Shown here in pieces: positions 38,302 to 49,472 of a DNA stretch of 64,000 bases; within the stretch, counting starts at the first letter, position 1; every line of letters starts with the position of its first letter. Below the pieces are notes generated by a model. It was not told the DNA's origin. It searched no databases and saw nothing but the letters and a program-made list of their open reading frames with translations. The DNA is from a bacterium (GTDB taxonomy: Bacteria; Electryoneota; Electryoneia; Electryoneales; Electryoneaceae), in assembly GCA_963669175.1 (NCBI GenBank), contig OY769902.1, forward strand, positions 2,304,001 to 2,368,000, read 5' to 3'. Both the position numbers and the translations under genes were made by a program.

Positions 38302-41106
38302 ATGCGTACTTTGTGCCCTTGTCTGTTGTTGGCTATCCTTATCGGCCTTTCTCTGTTGGCCAGTTTCCCCAATTTGTCTTCCGCGCAACGCATGTGGTCC
38401 GAAAACGGGCAGGTGCTTGCTGAACATCCTAGATGGGGGGATTCAGATACGTTTCCTACCTGCGATGATGGACATATTTTGCTGGTGAGAACTACTTCAC
38501 CCTATCCCTGGCATACAATAGGGTGTTGGGTTGAGCTACGGTATGATGAGGATGGGGATTTTGTTGATAGCCTTCGTTATCCGCCCGAAGTTCTGGAATC
38601 TGAAATTCTATTCTGGAACGATTTGCCTGATGGGACAAGGATACTATGTACGTATTCAAACACTGACGCTGCTAGAATTCACCTGAATCGAATCGATGCT
38701 GACGGTAACATGGAATGGCGCTATACAAGTCCATATTTAACAGAAATCAATCTTTCGTTCAGGACAAAGCTTGTTTACCTGGATGACTATTTTGTACTGA
38801 TACATAATTCACTTGGAGTAGATACACACATAATATGGTTGAATCCTGAAAGTGGGGAAACTATTACTCATTACATGATAGAGGGATTATATAGTGATGT
38901 GTATGATTATAGAATAAGGGATGATAATAGCATAGATCATTTATCAGTAACTTTAAATGAGGATGATTCAACATTTACAATAAGACAACATAATTTAACA
39001 CTTAATGATATAACACTAAATGAAACATACGTAGGACAAGGCAGATACTTGAAGGATATATGGTATCGAAATGGGTTGCCATCTCTTCTCTTCAGACATA
39101 TTACTAATAATGTGGGAAGTGGCGATGTGTGCTACATGCAACTGGATGAAGATTTTAACTTCAGTTGGGAAGAACAACTGGCAGAATTAGGCGGTTTTGT
39201 TTGCCACAATTATGCTTCAGACGATGTGTGGTTGAGCTTGGGTGATGGATCAATGCGGTATCAAATAATGTCAGCTGATGTTGAAGAATGTTATTCCGAA
39301 CCGGTTTCTCCTAATTTTAGACGGCCTGATTTACACGCTTTTGATGACCACAGGATGATATCAGAGGTGTTCTTATCCAATGATGTAAGGATGATATCGC
39401 CCAGTGGTGCTACGATTTGGACCAGGGATGATATCGCCTATGGGAACAGGAATTTCTTCACTGATACGAGGTTGTTTGCGTACCATTATAACGCCGGACC
39501 GGGATCAAGAAATGTGTACAGGCTCAGCAATGGCACACTTGTATCAACCAGTGCGGCTTTCTATGATCCAGATAACACTGATATAGAACGTTATTGGATT
39601 GTGAATGGTCTCGATGGCAATGACTGGATTGTCTGGCATCTTGAAAACGATGAACTGGAACAAAGCGACTACTACCGTGCTGCCAGATTCAATCGCAGCA
39701 CATTCCCTGCAGATTCAGTTGAACAGATTGATCTCGATTTTTACGGTTCTTCAACTTACTACAATTCGATTTTTCCTGATGGAAACGATGGTCTCCTGGT
39801 ACTGGGTTTAGACAATGTTCACTTGAACAGTGATGGCGAGATGCTGACAGATGATCCGGTTCAGCATGATAATGCCTATTACGTTCGCTATAAAGTAGAC
39901 TGGGTAGGGGAACCCGATGATGATGGTTTATATCCGATTATAGAATCCTATTATGAACATATCATGGGCTACCCGGTTCATGTGGATCTCACCTATATAG
40001 ATCAGGAATTGAATAGTATAGATTCCACAATATCGCTTGTTCAGACAGATTTAACTGTTTTTACACCGATGAATATGGAAACCTGCAAAGTCGGCAACAG
40101 GCTTTATTTCGGCTATACGATCAACCACAATTACTTTACTCCCTATGCGGGCTATTGTGATATGGATGAGGGAACAGTGTCCTTTTTCAACTTGTCTCAC
40201 CCGGGTGGGGTTGTTCACTATCATTATGCTGACCCTTACCTCTATGCGGTGACCTTTCACTTCGAAGATGAACTCAGGCATGATGAAGGCCAAGGTCCTC
40301 TATACCTTGAAATAAGGGATATGAGGACTTCTGAAGGTCCAGTCGAGATTCCGCTTGTAAACGAAATACATATGGGAATCCATTCCTATAATCCTGAATA
40401 TATCGATTACCAGTCTTTTGCCCATTTTGAGGACAATTCATTCTATCTGACCTGTTTCAACGCTGAAGATGGTCAGTGGCAGATCGCAGAATACAACTAC
40501 TTTGGCGAACTGGTAGCAGGCCCGGTCGATCTGGGAAGTGAATTTGACAGCCCTGTCATTGGTTTGTACGCTGTCGAAGATTATGGATTCTGGGTGGCAA
40601 TGCAGGGGAAAGTGTATGCTTTTGATCGTGACCTGAACCTGGTTGATGGATGCAGTGGATTATCTTTCACGGACGATTCGCGGTATCAGGTTTACAATGC
40701 GAAGAGCCTGCTCGCTGAGAACAACGACCTCATCGTTGCCTGGCAATTTGAAAACGCGATCCTGACACAACGGTTTTCCTCTCAGGTTTTCGACTATCTG
40801 GCTGTTGCAGAGAGAACAGTACTTCCTGCTCAATTCACCCTTGCCGCCCCCTGGCCGAACCCGTTCAACTCGACCACGCGCTTGCGTTATTCGCTGCCTC
40901 ATGCCGGTGAGGTACGGCTGGCGGTGTATGATATCCTCGGACGGCAAGTGCGTGAACTGGCCAACGCCACCCAACAGGCAGGGCAGTATGAGGTTCACTG
41001 GGATGGCTGTAGCGATGCCGGGATCGGGGTGGCGTCGGGAGTATATTTCGTACGGGCTGAACTGGGTGAACAACAGCTTGTAAAAAAAGTAATGCTGGTG
41101 AAATAA
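38302..41106 (+). CDS. Large acidic secreted protein with T9SS/FlgD-Ig C-terminal domain (paralog 1)
   Basis: GGAGG RBS, signal peptide, AQRMWSENG, DSLRYP; C-terminal WPNPFNSTT...WDG...VASGVYF...MLVK. Confidence 0.85.
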   Translation: MRTLCPCLLLAILIGLSLLASFPNLSSAQRMWSENGQVLAEHPRWGDSDTFPTCDDGHILLVRTTSPYPWHTIGCWVELRYDEDGDFVDSLRYPPEVLESEILFWNDLPDGTRILCTYSNTDAARIHLNRIDADGNMEWRYTSPYLTEINLSFRTKLVYLDDYFVLIHNSLGVDTHIIWLNPESGETITHYMIEGLYSDVYDYRIRDDNSIDHLSVTLNEDDSTFTIRQHNLTLNDITLNETYVGQGRYLKDIWYRNGLPSLLFRHITNNVGSGDVCYMQLDEDFNFSWEEQLAELGGFVCHNYASDDVWLSLGDGSMRYQIMSADVEECYSEPVSPNFRRPDLHAFDDHRMISEVFLSNDVRMISPSGATIWTRDDIAYGNRNFFTDTRLFAYHYNAGPGSRNVYRLSNGTLVSTSAAFYDPDNTDIERYWIVNGLDGNDWIVWHLENDELEQSDYYRAARFNRSTFPADSVEQIDLDFYGSSTYYNSIFPDGNDGLLVLGLDNVHLNSDGEMLTDDPVQHDNAYYVRYKVDWVGEPDDDGLYPIIESYYEHIMGYPVHVDLTYIDQELNSIDSTISLVQTDLTVFTPMNMETCKVGNRLYFGYTINHNYFTPYAGYCDMDEGTVSFFNLSHPGGVVHYHYADPYLYAVTFHFEDELRHDEGQGPLYLEIRDMRTSEGPVEIPLVNEIHMGIHSYNPEYIDYQSFAHFEDNSFYLTCFNAEDGQWQIAEYNYFGELVAGPVDLGSEFDSPVIGLYAVEDYGFWVAMQGKVYAFDRDLNLVDGCSGLSFTDDSRYQVYNAKSLLAENNDLIVAWQFENAILTQRFSSQVFDYLAVAERTVLPAQFTLAAPWPNPFNSTTRLRYSLPHAGEVRLAVYDILGRQVRELANATQQAGQYEVHWDGCSDAGIGVASGVYFVRAELGEQQLVKKVMLVK

Positions 41107-41174
41107 GGAAGACATTTGAACAAGTAGTCATTTTTCTTCATACAGAATACTGAATATCCGGAAATGGGGGGAGT

Positions 41175-43958
41175 ATGCTGAGCAAGGCTTCAAGATTATG
41201 CCTGTTTTTTGCTGTTATCTTTTTCATGTTGGCGTTTTCTTTTCAATCCCTGCACGCACAACCGTTATGGGGTGAAGAGGGGGTTGTACCGGTTTGGTTC
41301 AATACCTCAGCAAATTTCTATAGAGATATTGTCCATTATGAAAATGGGAATCACGGTGTTGTAGTTGTTGTTGATGAACTGGTTCCGGGACCGGACAGTT
41401 CACGATTTGCTGAGATGATTTTTGATTCGAATGGTAATTTCCTGGATTCGGTACGATATCCTGTCGAAATGAGGAATGCCTATGTTGCATCGGTGGTTGG
41501 TTTGGCAGATGGCTCTCGTCTTATCGGATTTGAAGCCAGAGACTATGGGCCCAATGGGATTGTATTTCAGAATGCAGATGGGACGACAGGATGGGTATGG
41601 GAATGCCCGGTCGCAGCCTCCAATTCAGGTCCGGAGAGGAACCGGATTTTTACCATCAATGACTATGTATTGTTCCTATTTGAAGCTTACCCGGGTTTTA
41701 ATCTCTATGCTGTCTGGCTTGATATTGACAGTGGTGCAGAAATCGGTTATGTGCAACTCACAGATACCGAATCCGGCAGATTTGGTGTTCGGGTAGCTGA
41801 GGATTCAATCCGTATTGCCGTTGATAGTTACACCTATTCAGATGCGGGATACCAGGAAATTCAACTTGAGACCGGTGGTGAGAATTTTGTGATTTCCACC
41901 CTTTCTGAATTGAGGGATTATAACAGTAGGAGTTTTTACTATTCATGTTATTTGCTGCGAGTTCATAACGCTACAGAGGATTATAGTTATGCATATGAAA
42001 TCTATGATGAAAGCCATGTGTTGCATGATTCCGGCGCGTTTCCGGCAGATGACGTTTGTTTTAACGAGTTCACGGGCATTGATGGTAGAATTATAGGGGT
42101 AAATGCCGAGTCGGTTACTGCCTTTGAGTTCGGTGAAGGATCTCTGGAATCGGTCTGGAGTAATAGTTTCAGTGATGTGAATTGTTGTTTCATGGATGAA
42201 GATGGTGGGGCGATACTTTCTTCAGAAGGCAACGACCAGATGCGCAGGGTGCGACCTGATGGCACGACGCAATGGACCGCGGATCGGGATTGGACCATTT
42301 TCGAATACAACCAACTTGTGTATGTTGGCCCATCTGTAATATGCAGTTATTCCGGACACATACAGTACCGGGTTAATGCCTCTACAGGCGCCCTGATAGA
42401 AACCAATTCCATTTTTGATCTGGATCAGGGACGTCTGCAAGACTGGCGTCTGGTCCCTTCCGGTCAGGAGTATTCCTGGTTGGTATTTGAAGAGCAGGAT
42501 TATGATGTTTTCCCAGCCGAATATCGACCAACAATACGACGCCTTTCAGCCGATGGCACAGTCAATCCCGATGATGACTACATCAGTGATTACCTGATCT
42601 ACCCCAGTACATGCCTGACTGCAGGCCCTGATGGTGGAGTATGGATGCTGACACGGGATGGACAGACCTGCCTGGACTGTAATGGTGATCCAGTTTTTGA
42701 AGCACAGGAAACCCCATTTGACTATAACTATATCCTGTATTTTAATCCCGGTGAGGATATCGCCCCGTATCACATTCTTTACCGATCCGTACAAAACAAT
42801 ACAACCCATACAATAAACCAGGTCAGACTGGATGCGGATGGAAACTCCGTGGGGGATCCTGAATACCTGTTTTCGTTGCCTGTGTCAGACAACTATCCTG
42901 ATATGAGTACTTTCAGAGATGCAGTGCATTTGATGGATGACCTGTTGGTATATGCTGTTGGTTCTGGACGCCCCACGGTTTATTCCTGCCTCGGCGTTTA
43001 CGATACCATCAGAGAAGAGAATACGGTGCTGGATACTCTTCATGAAGGTATGCCATTGGACGTATATACAGACGGACAACAATACTATAGCGTTTCATAT
43101 CGCATGAACGATGAACCGGGTTATCCCAATCCCTGTTCTGGGGCGCTGGTTTTGACGCATACCCTCTTTGCGGCACCGCAGTTCGAAGATGTTGAACTAT
43201 TGGATAGTATCCCGGGAACCGTATACGGGTTTAATGACATTTTGCTGGAAGACTGCAAAGCACGTGCATTTTTCTCGGACAAGATGTTGTATACCGTTTC
43301 CCTTGATTCCGGGCTCAATTGGAACGTCCGGCAATACACCTTCGAAGGGGAACTGTTGAACGGTCCAGTCGCCCTGCAAGCTGAGCCGACAGACAGTATC
43401 GCAGCGTTCCTGAAATCGGAACCAGAAGGGTGTTGGGTCGTGCTGGGACAAAAGGCTTACCTGTTGGATCAGGATCTATCTTTCTCGGAGGGGTATGAGC
43501 AGGGCATCTGTTTTTCCAGTTGGGAAAATGTGACCTATGAAGAACCACAAGCTGTACAAACATCAGATGGGAACCTGGTTGTTGCCGGGAATGAAGGCAT
43601 TTACCTGATCCTGGCGCAGTGCTTTGAAGGTTTGGAACCAGAAGTAAATGTTGATCAGAAAGCAGCGCATGTACTTCCTGCTCAATTCACCCTTGCCGCC
43701 CCCTGGCCGAACCCGTTCAACTCGACCACACGCTTGCGTTATTCGCTGCCACATGCCGGTGAGGTACGGCTGGCGGTGTATGATATTCTGGGGCGCGAAG
43801 TGCGTGAATTGGCGAATGCAACCCAGCAGGCCGGGCAGTATGAGGTTCACTGGGACGGATGCAGCGATGCCGGGATCGGGGTGGCGTCGGGAGTGTATTT
43901 CGTACGGGCCGAACTGGGTGAACAACAGCTTGTGAAGAAGGTCACGCTGGTGAAATAA
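41175..43958 (+). CDS. Large acidic secreted protein with T9SS/FlgD-Ig C-terminal domain (paralog 2)
   Basis: Signal peptide, AQPLWGEEG, DSVRYP; C-terminus nearly identical to paralog 1. Confidence 0.85.
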   Translation: MLSKASRLCLFFAVIFFMLAFSFQSLHAQPLWGEEGVVPVWFNTSANFYRDIVHYENGNHGVVVVVDELVPGPDSSRFAEMIFDSNGNFLDSVRYPVEMRNAYVASVVGLADGSRLIGFEARDYGPNGIVFQNADGTTGWVWECPVAASNSGPERNRIFTINDYVLFLFEAYPGFNLYAVWLDIDSGAEIGYVQLTDTESGRFGVRVAEDSIRIAVDSYTYSDAGYQEIQLETGGENFVISTLSELRDYNSRSFYYSCYLLRVHNATEDYSYAYEIYDESHVLHDSGAFPADDVCFNEFTGIDGRIIGVNAESVTAFEFGEGSLESVWSNSFSDVNCCFMDEDGGAILSSEGNDQMRRVRPDGTTQWTADRDWTIFEYNQLVYVGPSVICSYSGHIQYRVNASTGALIETNSIFDLDQGRLQDWRLVPSGQEYSWLVFEEQDYDVFPAEYRPTIRRLSADGTVNPDDDYISDYLIYPSTCLTAGPDGGVWMLTRDGQTCLDCNGDPVFEAQETPFDYNYILYFNPGEDIAPYHILYRSVQNNTTHTINQVRLDADGNSVGDPEYLFSLPVSDNYPDMSTFRDAVHLMDDLLVYAVGSGRPTVYSCLGVYDTIREENTVLDTLHEGMPLDVYTDGQQYYSVSYRMNDEPGYPNPCSGALVLTHTLFAAPQFEDVELLDSIPGTVYGFNDILLEDCKARAFFSDKMLYTVSLDSGLNWNVRQYTFEGELLNGPVALQAEPTDSIAAFLKSEPEGCWVVLGQKAYLLDQDLSFSEGYEQGICFSSWENVTYEEPQAVQTSDGNLVVAGNEGIYLILAQCFEGLEPEVNVDQKAAHVLPAQFTLAAPWPNPFNSTTRLRYSLPHAGEVRLAVYDILGREVRELANATQQAGQYEVHWDGCSDAGIGVASGVYFVRAELGEQQLVKKVTLVK

Positions 43959-44057
43959 ATCTTGCTTTGATTGACTTTCATGCTTTTTCAGGGTATTTTA
44001 GTAATGCATCCCCACATAGATTCTATCTACAACTCCATGAACTCGTTGGGGGTGATC

Positions 44058-46835
44058 ATGCATGGTGTGTTTTCGAAAATCGTCTATACCCTCCTTGTTT
44101 TACTCTGTTTCCTGATGTTTCCTGTTCAACAGCTTGATGCGCAACCCATGTGGGGAGAGGAAGGCATTTTCCCGATTTTACTTCAAAACGAAATCAGAAT
44201 TCACGAGATAAAACTTCTTTCTAATGGGAATCAATCTGTAACTATTATGACAGATCGGTACGTTCCTGGTCCAACACGAGATATCCTGCTGGAGATCGAA
44301 TTGGACAGCAGTCTGGCTATAGTAGACTCTTTAAGATACCCGGCGGTCTGTTATTGGCGTGGTTTCTGCAATTCGGTTGAGCTGGAAGATGGTGGCAGGA
44401 TAATGGGATTTGAAACTTCCAGCAATTATCCCATGGTTGCAAGAATTGACAGCCTGGGTGAGCCTGTCTGGGTATATGAAAGCGATTTCGTTGGGTATGT
44501 AGGATGGGGGTATAGTACAGCGCAGCTCTATCGAATCCAGGATTATGCCTTCTTTGTTCATCAGCAAAACGGAGGTATTTTACAGTTTGAATGGATTGAT
44601 CTGGCAACGGGGGAAGGTGAGCAGAATGTCCAGGTTTCGGACAATGCAGTGACTTCATTTGCGGTAAGATATCAGGATGATGGTACGACACGTGTGGTAA
44701 CGTCATGGTCAGGAGAAGAAAGTTATCATTGTGAAGAGTATGTAACTGCACCTGGCGATACAGTACTTGAGACTCATACACTTATTGAGTATGAGTTGGA
44801 AAGTAATTATGTTATTGCATGTAAATATCTGGAGGATAATACATTCTTTTACATGTATTTGTATCCAGAATTAACAGAATATTATGCATTATTATTTGAT
44901 AATGATGGAAATATGGTAGATTCTCTTGCGTTGGAAACAGGTCATAAAATTGTAAAAAATAGTATTAATGGGTCTAATTTTTATAGTGCATCAATGGATG
45001 GTTTTTCGCGTTATTCTATTTTAAATGACAGTATATATTGTGATTATACGGTTGATGAAATGTCCTTCCTCCATTGTACAGTTGTGAACATACCTAATGG
45101 GGGTATTCTTGTTCAGGATTATGAAAATAATGAATTGTATTATGTTGACGAAAACGGTCAGTTATTGTGGGGAGGAGATGAAGAAGTCATCGCATCTGTT
45201 GATATCAATTCCGGTTTTAATACAGGAGACGAATATATAGTGATGGTTGATTCCAATTGCGCACTGAATGCATATGTCTATTCGCTGGTGGATGGCAACC
45301 TTATAGATTCCAGGGGACATCTTCTAAATCATCGGGCCTCTCAATTACTGGATGCGTGGGTTGCAGCGCCCATCAACTCCACAGCCTACCTGGCCTGGTT
45401 CCAGAAAAGCCGTCCGGAAAACATCGATTCATTGCATGTTGTGAAGATAGATGATGATGGAGCTATTGTGCCCGACTTGTCCTATGTCATCCGAAGAAAC
45501 AGTTTCCAGTTACATCACTTGGCACCGACGACGGGTGGTGGTTTATGGCTTATAGGAAACGATCGGCAAATTGTCCTGAATAGCAACCTTGAGGAAGTTG
45601 TAAACCAGGAATCTGCTGGTATAGAAAGGACAATACTCTACTTCGACCCCGCTACAACAACTGCACCGTATCCGCTGCTGCGCCTGATCAATGCTGGGCC
45701 TGCAAGGGTGGATTTGTATTATTTGTCTGATAACGGTGATTGTACACACGATCCACAGACACTCCTTACTCATCCGAATATGCGGCACTATGATTTCGAG
45801 TTTTTCCGTAATGACAGCCTGTTGTATTATGCAACGCTATATGGCAACGCACCTTTTTATATTGATGCCGGAGTGATCAACCTGGCTACTGGTACAAGAA
45901 GCGATATTATTCTTGATGCGATCGGGTATCCATTGGCTATTACAGAAGAAGATTCCGTAGTCCATCTGATTTATGCGTCCTATGATACTACCAACCAGGA
46001 ACGATATTACGGTACAAACATCGTGCATCTGGAAAATGATCTGCGGTCCGGAACCGTCTCAGAGGATACTCTGGTCGAACATGTAATTGGAAACCGTGGG
46101 ATGTATTACCATCCGTCCTATGGTATCAACAAAGTCATGGCAAAAGTCGTGATTTCTGCTGACATGGCCTTCCTGCTTTGTGAGAGTATTGACGATGAAC
46201 AATGGCGAATATACTCCTGCGACATGAGTAATAATGAAGTGAGCGAACCATGTTTGCTGCAAAACATTGCGCATCTTGACAGTTGCCAGCTTATAGCTGG
46301 AACGGATTCTACGATATGGGTTGTCGGGACCAATTGTGTCTATGCGCTTAACCGGGAGTTGGATATCGCCGAAGGGTATAATGAAGGCATTCCGTTTTCG
46401 TCCTATGCGAATGTCACCTATACTGATTTTAAAATTACGCAGACTATAGACAACGACCTTATTGTCAGTGGGCAGGAGAACGACTATTGTTATCATATGC
46501 AAAGGTATAGCGCGACATTTGCAGAAAATTCGATACATACTACTTCGCTGAATCCGTATACATTCACCGTTTCTGCCCCTTGGCCGAACCCGTTCAACTC
46601 GACCACACGCCTGCGTTATTCGCTGCCTCATGCGGGTGAAGTACGGCTGGCGGTGTATGATATTCTCGGGCGAGAGGTGCGTGAGCTGGCGAACGCAACC
46701 CAGCAGACCGGGCAGTACGAGGTTCACTGGGACGGATGCACCGATGCCGGGATCGGGGTGGCGTCGGGAGTGTATTTCGTACGGGCTGAACTGGGTGAAC
46801 AGCAGCTTGTTCGGAAAGTCTTGCTGGTGAAGTAA
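44058..46835 (+). CDS. Large acidic secreted protein with T9SS/FlgD-Ig C-terminal domain (paralog 3)
   Basis: Signal peptide, AQPMWGEEG, DSLRYP; C-terminus nearly identical to paralogs 1 and 2. Confidence 0.85.
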   Translation: MHGVFSKIVYTLLVLLCFLMFPVQQLDAQPMWGEEGIFPILLQNEIRIHEIKLLSNGNQSVTIMTDRYVPGPTRDILLEIELDSSLAIVDSLRYPAVCYWRGFCNSVELEDGGRIMGFETSSNYPMVARIDSLGEPVWVYESDFVGYVGWGYSTAQLYRIQDYAFFVHQQNGGILQFEWIDLATGEGEQNVQVSDNAVTSFAVRYQDDGTTRVVTSWSGEESYHCEEYVTAPGDTVLETHTLIEYELESNYVIACKYLEDNTFFYMYLYPELTEYYALLFDNDGNMVDSLALETGHKIVKNSINGSNFYSASMDGFSRYSILNDSIYCDYTVDEMSFLHCTVVNIPNGGILVQDYENNELYYVDENGQLLWGGDEEVIASVDINSGFNTGDEYIVMVDSNCALNAYVYSLVDGNLIDSRGHLLNHRASQLLDAWVAAPINSTAYLAWFQKSRPENIDSLHVVKIDDDGAIVPDLSYVIRRNSFQLHHLAPTTGGGLWLIGNDRQIVLNSNLEEVVNQESAGIERTILYFDPATTTAPYPLLRLINAGPARVDLYYLSDNGDCTHDPQTLLTHPNMRHYDFEFFRNDSLLYYATLYGNAPFYIDAGVINLATGTRSDIILDAIGYPLAITEEDSVVHLIYASYDTTNQERYYGTNIVHLENDLRSGTVSEDTLVEHVIGNRGMYYHPSYGINKVMAKVVISADMAFLLCESIDDEQWRIYSCDMSNNEVSEPCLLQNIAHLDSCQLIAGTDSTIWVVGTNCVYALNRELDIAEGYNEGIPFSSYANVTYTDFKITQTIDNDLIVSGQENDYCYHMQRYSATFAENSIHTTSLNPYTFTVSAPWPNPFNSTTRLRYSLPHAGEVRLAVYDILGREVRELANATQQTGQYEVHWDGCTDAGIGVASGVYFVRAELGEQQLVRKVLLVK

Positions 46836-46944
46836 TAGAAGTGAAGAAGGTAAAGGAAGTAAAGAAGGAAAAAATTAGTTGGAAAGTTCTGAAGTTATTG
46901 GTTTTCTATCAATCCATACAGTGTGCAAGACACCTTGGCGCGTA

Positions 46945-47406
46945 AGTCGTCCAAACGATCTAAGTTTAGTTCGCGTGGTCCGGTGTGCTTGCACCCGGGC
47001 TGTTGTATTGGCGAGTGTACGTGCGGCGAGTCGACGCCCGACTGACGAGCAGTCGGGCCAAACGACCTAAGTTTAGGAAAAGCAGGGACTGACCCTTCGA
47101 GGTCTGTCCCGCTTTTTGTTATATCGGATAATAACCTGACAAAAGCTTTCTACGATGTCATCCCCGCATGCTGTAGGCGGGGATCTACTCCGTAGACCGT
47201 ATGATTCAATGTATGATCAATACAAGGGTGTTAATCTGATACCCGACAGCAAGCAGTCGGATTAAAACCAGACAAAAGCTTTCTACGATGTCATCCCCGC
47301 ATGCTGTAGGCGGGGATCTACTCCATAGGCCGATTTATCCAATGTATGATCAATGCGAGGGTGCTGAATAATCTGAAACCCGACAGCAAGCAGTCGGGCC
47401 AAACGA
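46945..47406. repeat. Intergenic cluster of REP-like elements with a roughly 130-bp duplication
   Basis: GACAAAAGCTTTCTACGATGTCATCCCCGCATGCTGTAGGCGGGGATCTACTCC twice (about 47138 and 47271); CCCGAC..GCAGTCGG hairpins (also at about 24957); CCAAACGA.CTAAGTTTAG twice; GGGACTGACC-TTCG-GGTCTGTCCC hairpin. Confidence 0.8.
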
Positions 47407-47424
47407 TTTTTCGCAATGCTTAGC

Positions 47425-49152
47425 CTACTTCTTCGGTGCTTTCTGCTTGACCCACCAGAGTGTAATTGCTCCGCCTGCCAGTGTAATCAGGGTAGCGATG
47501 GTCGCGTTCAGGGGCTGTTGGTATACCGCGAACCCGATGGCGAAAGTCGCGCCGAAGGTCAGCATGATTCCGCCGATCCAGCCAAAGATGTCCGGCCACA
47601 GGCTGGTGTAGCGTGCGTCCATCTCGATCCCGGCCTCACGTCGGATCGCACTCCACGCACCCGGCGGACGAGTGCGTTTGAAGAATTCGACCAGTGCATC
47701 GCGTGGCGGGGGCGGGGTCAGGAAGGTCACCGGTACAAAGACCAACGCCGACCCGAAGGTGATGATCACGACTTTAATCGCGAAGGGCGTCTGCGGGAAA
47801 GCCAGGTAGAGCACGGTTGAGATCACACTGGAAGCCGTCATCGCGCTGATCTCGCTCCAGGCCGAGATGCGCCACCAGAACCAGCGCAACACGTACACTG
47901 CGCCTGTTCCCGCCCCGAAGGCGATGATGAATTTGAACGCTTCCGTAACCGAGCTGATGAAATAGGCTACGATCGAGGTAATGGCGATCAGGGTGAGCAT
48001 GGCGACCTTGGCCGCGATCAGGTAATGTTTCTCTGATTTTCCCGGTGCCAGCCAGCCACGATAGACATCATGGGTCAGGTAACTCGCGCCCCAGTTCAGT
48101 TGCGTGTCGATGGTGGACATGAACGCCGCGACCAGCCCGGCGACCAGTAGCCCACGCATCCCTGAGGGTAACATCATCATCATCTTGGGATAGGCCAGTT
48201 CGTGATCGGTCAGCTCACCGCCCAGTTCCGGCCAGAGTACCAGCGAGGCCAACGCTACAATCACCCAGGGCCAGGTGCGTAGCGCGAAATGAGCCACGTT
48301 GAACCAGAGGGTTGCACCGAACGCGTGAGTCTCGTTCTTGCACGCGCTCATGCGTTGAATCAGCTTGCCGCCGCCGTCAGAGTTCAGGTTCGCCCACCAT
48401 TGAATCGAGATGTACACGATAAACCCGCCGAATACCCCGGTAAGTGTTTCCATGCTGAACAGCCCGGTTTCAGGAATATGCGGGATCAGGGAGATTTTCG
48501 CTGCGGGTACGGTTTCCATGATATGGTCCATCCCGCCAGCCGTCTGCACCGCGAAAACAGCCAGGATCACCGCGCCAAGCAAGGCGATGATGAACTGCGC
48601 CACATCAGTCACCACCACGCCCCAGAACCCGGCGGAGAATGAATAGGTAACTGCCAAAACCGTAGCAATCAACACTCCAACCCATTTCGGGCCGCCCCAG
48701 ACTTCGCCGATGATTTTCGCCATCGCCAGCACGACCCAGCTCATACCAATGGTGTTGATCAGCAGGGATATCCAGGCAGCGCGCACCACTCGCAGCACGC
48801 GTCCCGGTTTGCCGCCATAACGAAGTTGGGTAAGCTCAACATCGGTGACCACATTGGCGCGTCTCCATAACCGCGCCAGAAAAAACGCTCCGAACAGGCT
48901 CCCGATGGCAAAAGACCACCATTGCCAGTTCAGCGAAACGCCGCCGGTACGGACCAGATTGGTGACATAGAGGGGAGTGTCACAGGAAAACGAAGTCGCG
49001 ACCATGCTGGTTCCGGCCACCCACCAGGGCAGACTGCGCCCGGATAGAAAATAGTTATCCGTGTCCTGGTGAGCACGACGAGAAAAGGATAAACCGACAC
49101 CAAAAATGAGTAAAAGATATCCCCCGATAACCAGCAAATCGGCGACAGACAT
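47425..49152 (-). CDS. Sodium:solute symporter family protein
   Basis: YFLSGRSLPWWVAGTSMVATSF, RYG, QR, AAFMSTIDTQLNWGASYL; many TM helices. Confidence 0.92.
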   Translation of the reverse strand: MSVADLLVIGGYLLLIFGVGLSFSRRAHQDTDNYFLSGRSLPWWVAGTSMVATSFSCDTPLYVTNLVRTGGVSLNWQWWSFAIGSLFGAFFLARLWRRANVVTDVELTQLRYGGKPGRVLRVVRAAWISLLINTIGMSWVVLAMAKIIGEVWGGPKWVGVLIATVLAVTYSFSAGFWGVVVTDVAQFIIALLGAVILAVFAVQTAGGMDHIMETVPAAKISLIPHIPETGLFSMETLTGVFGGFIVYISIQWWANLNSDGGGKLIQRMSACKNETHAFGATLWFNVAHFALRTWPWVIVALASLVLWPELGGELTDHELAYPKMMMMLPSGMRGLLVAGLVAAFMSTIDTQLNWGASYLTHDVYRGWLAPGKSEKHYLIAAKVAMLTLIAITSIVAYFISSVTEAFKFIIAFGAGTGAVYVLRWFWWRISAWSEISAMTASSVISTVLYLAFPQTPFAIKVVIITFGSALVFVPVTFLTPPPPRDALVEFFKRTRPPGAWSAIRREAGIEMDARYTSLWPDIFGWIGGIMLTFGATFAIGFAVYQQPLNATIATLITLAGGAITLWWVKQKAPKK

Positions 49153-49456
49153 GACATTCTCCCTGGAGTAACCCATGATGTTGGTGCAATGTACGCCCTG
49201 CTGAAAGGTATTCAAAACAAGGGGAGGGGAGAAGGAAATTAAGAATTAAGGATGAAAAATGAAGAATTGAACATTTCACCGGGATTGCATAGTGAGATTA
49301 GGTGAAAGAGAAGTGGGTATTTCACCGAGAGCGAAAAAACGTCTCCGGAAGGCGTTGCATTTGGGAGCTGAAACTGCGACAATTGGCGGAATTGGGAAAC
49401 GCGGGAATACTCTATTGATACGCAAAAATTGAGAAAAAGGCCAAAAGACCCGAACA

Positions 49457-49472
49457 TGTGACGCAGGTCACA
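49457..49472. promoter_or_regulatory. CRP-type palindromic operator candidate
   Basis: TGTGA-CGCAGG-TCACA, an exact TGTGA-N6-TCACA, in the divergent intergenic region between the SSS and NYN genes. Confidence 0.45.

Noticed and set aside
40819-46835. DGR template/variable repeats
   Set aside because: All copies are coding, the differences are mostly synonymous and not adenine-specific, and there is no reverse transcriptase in the window.
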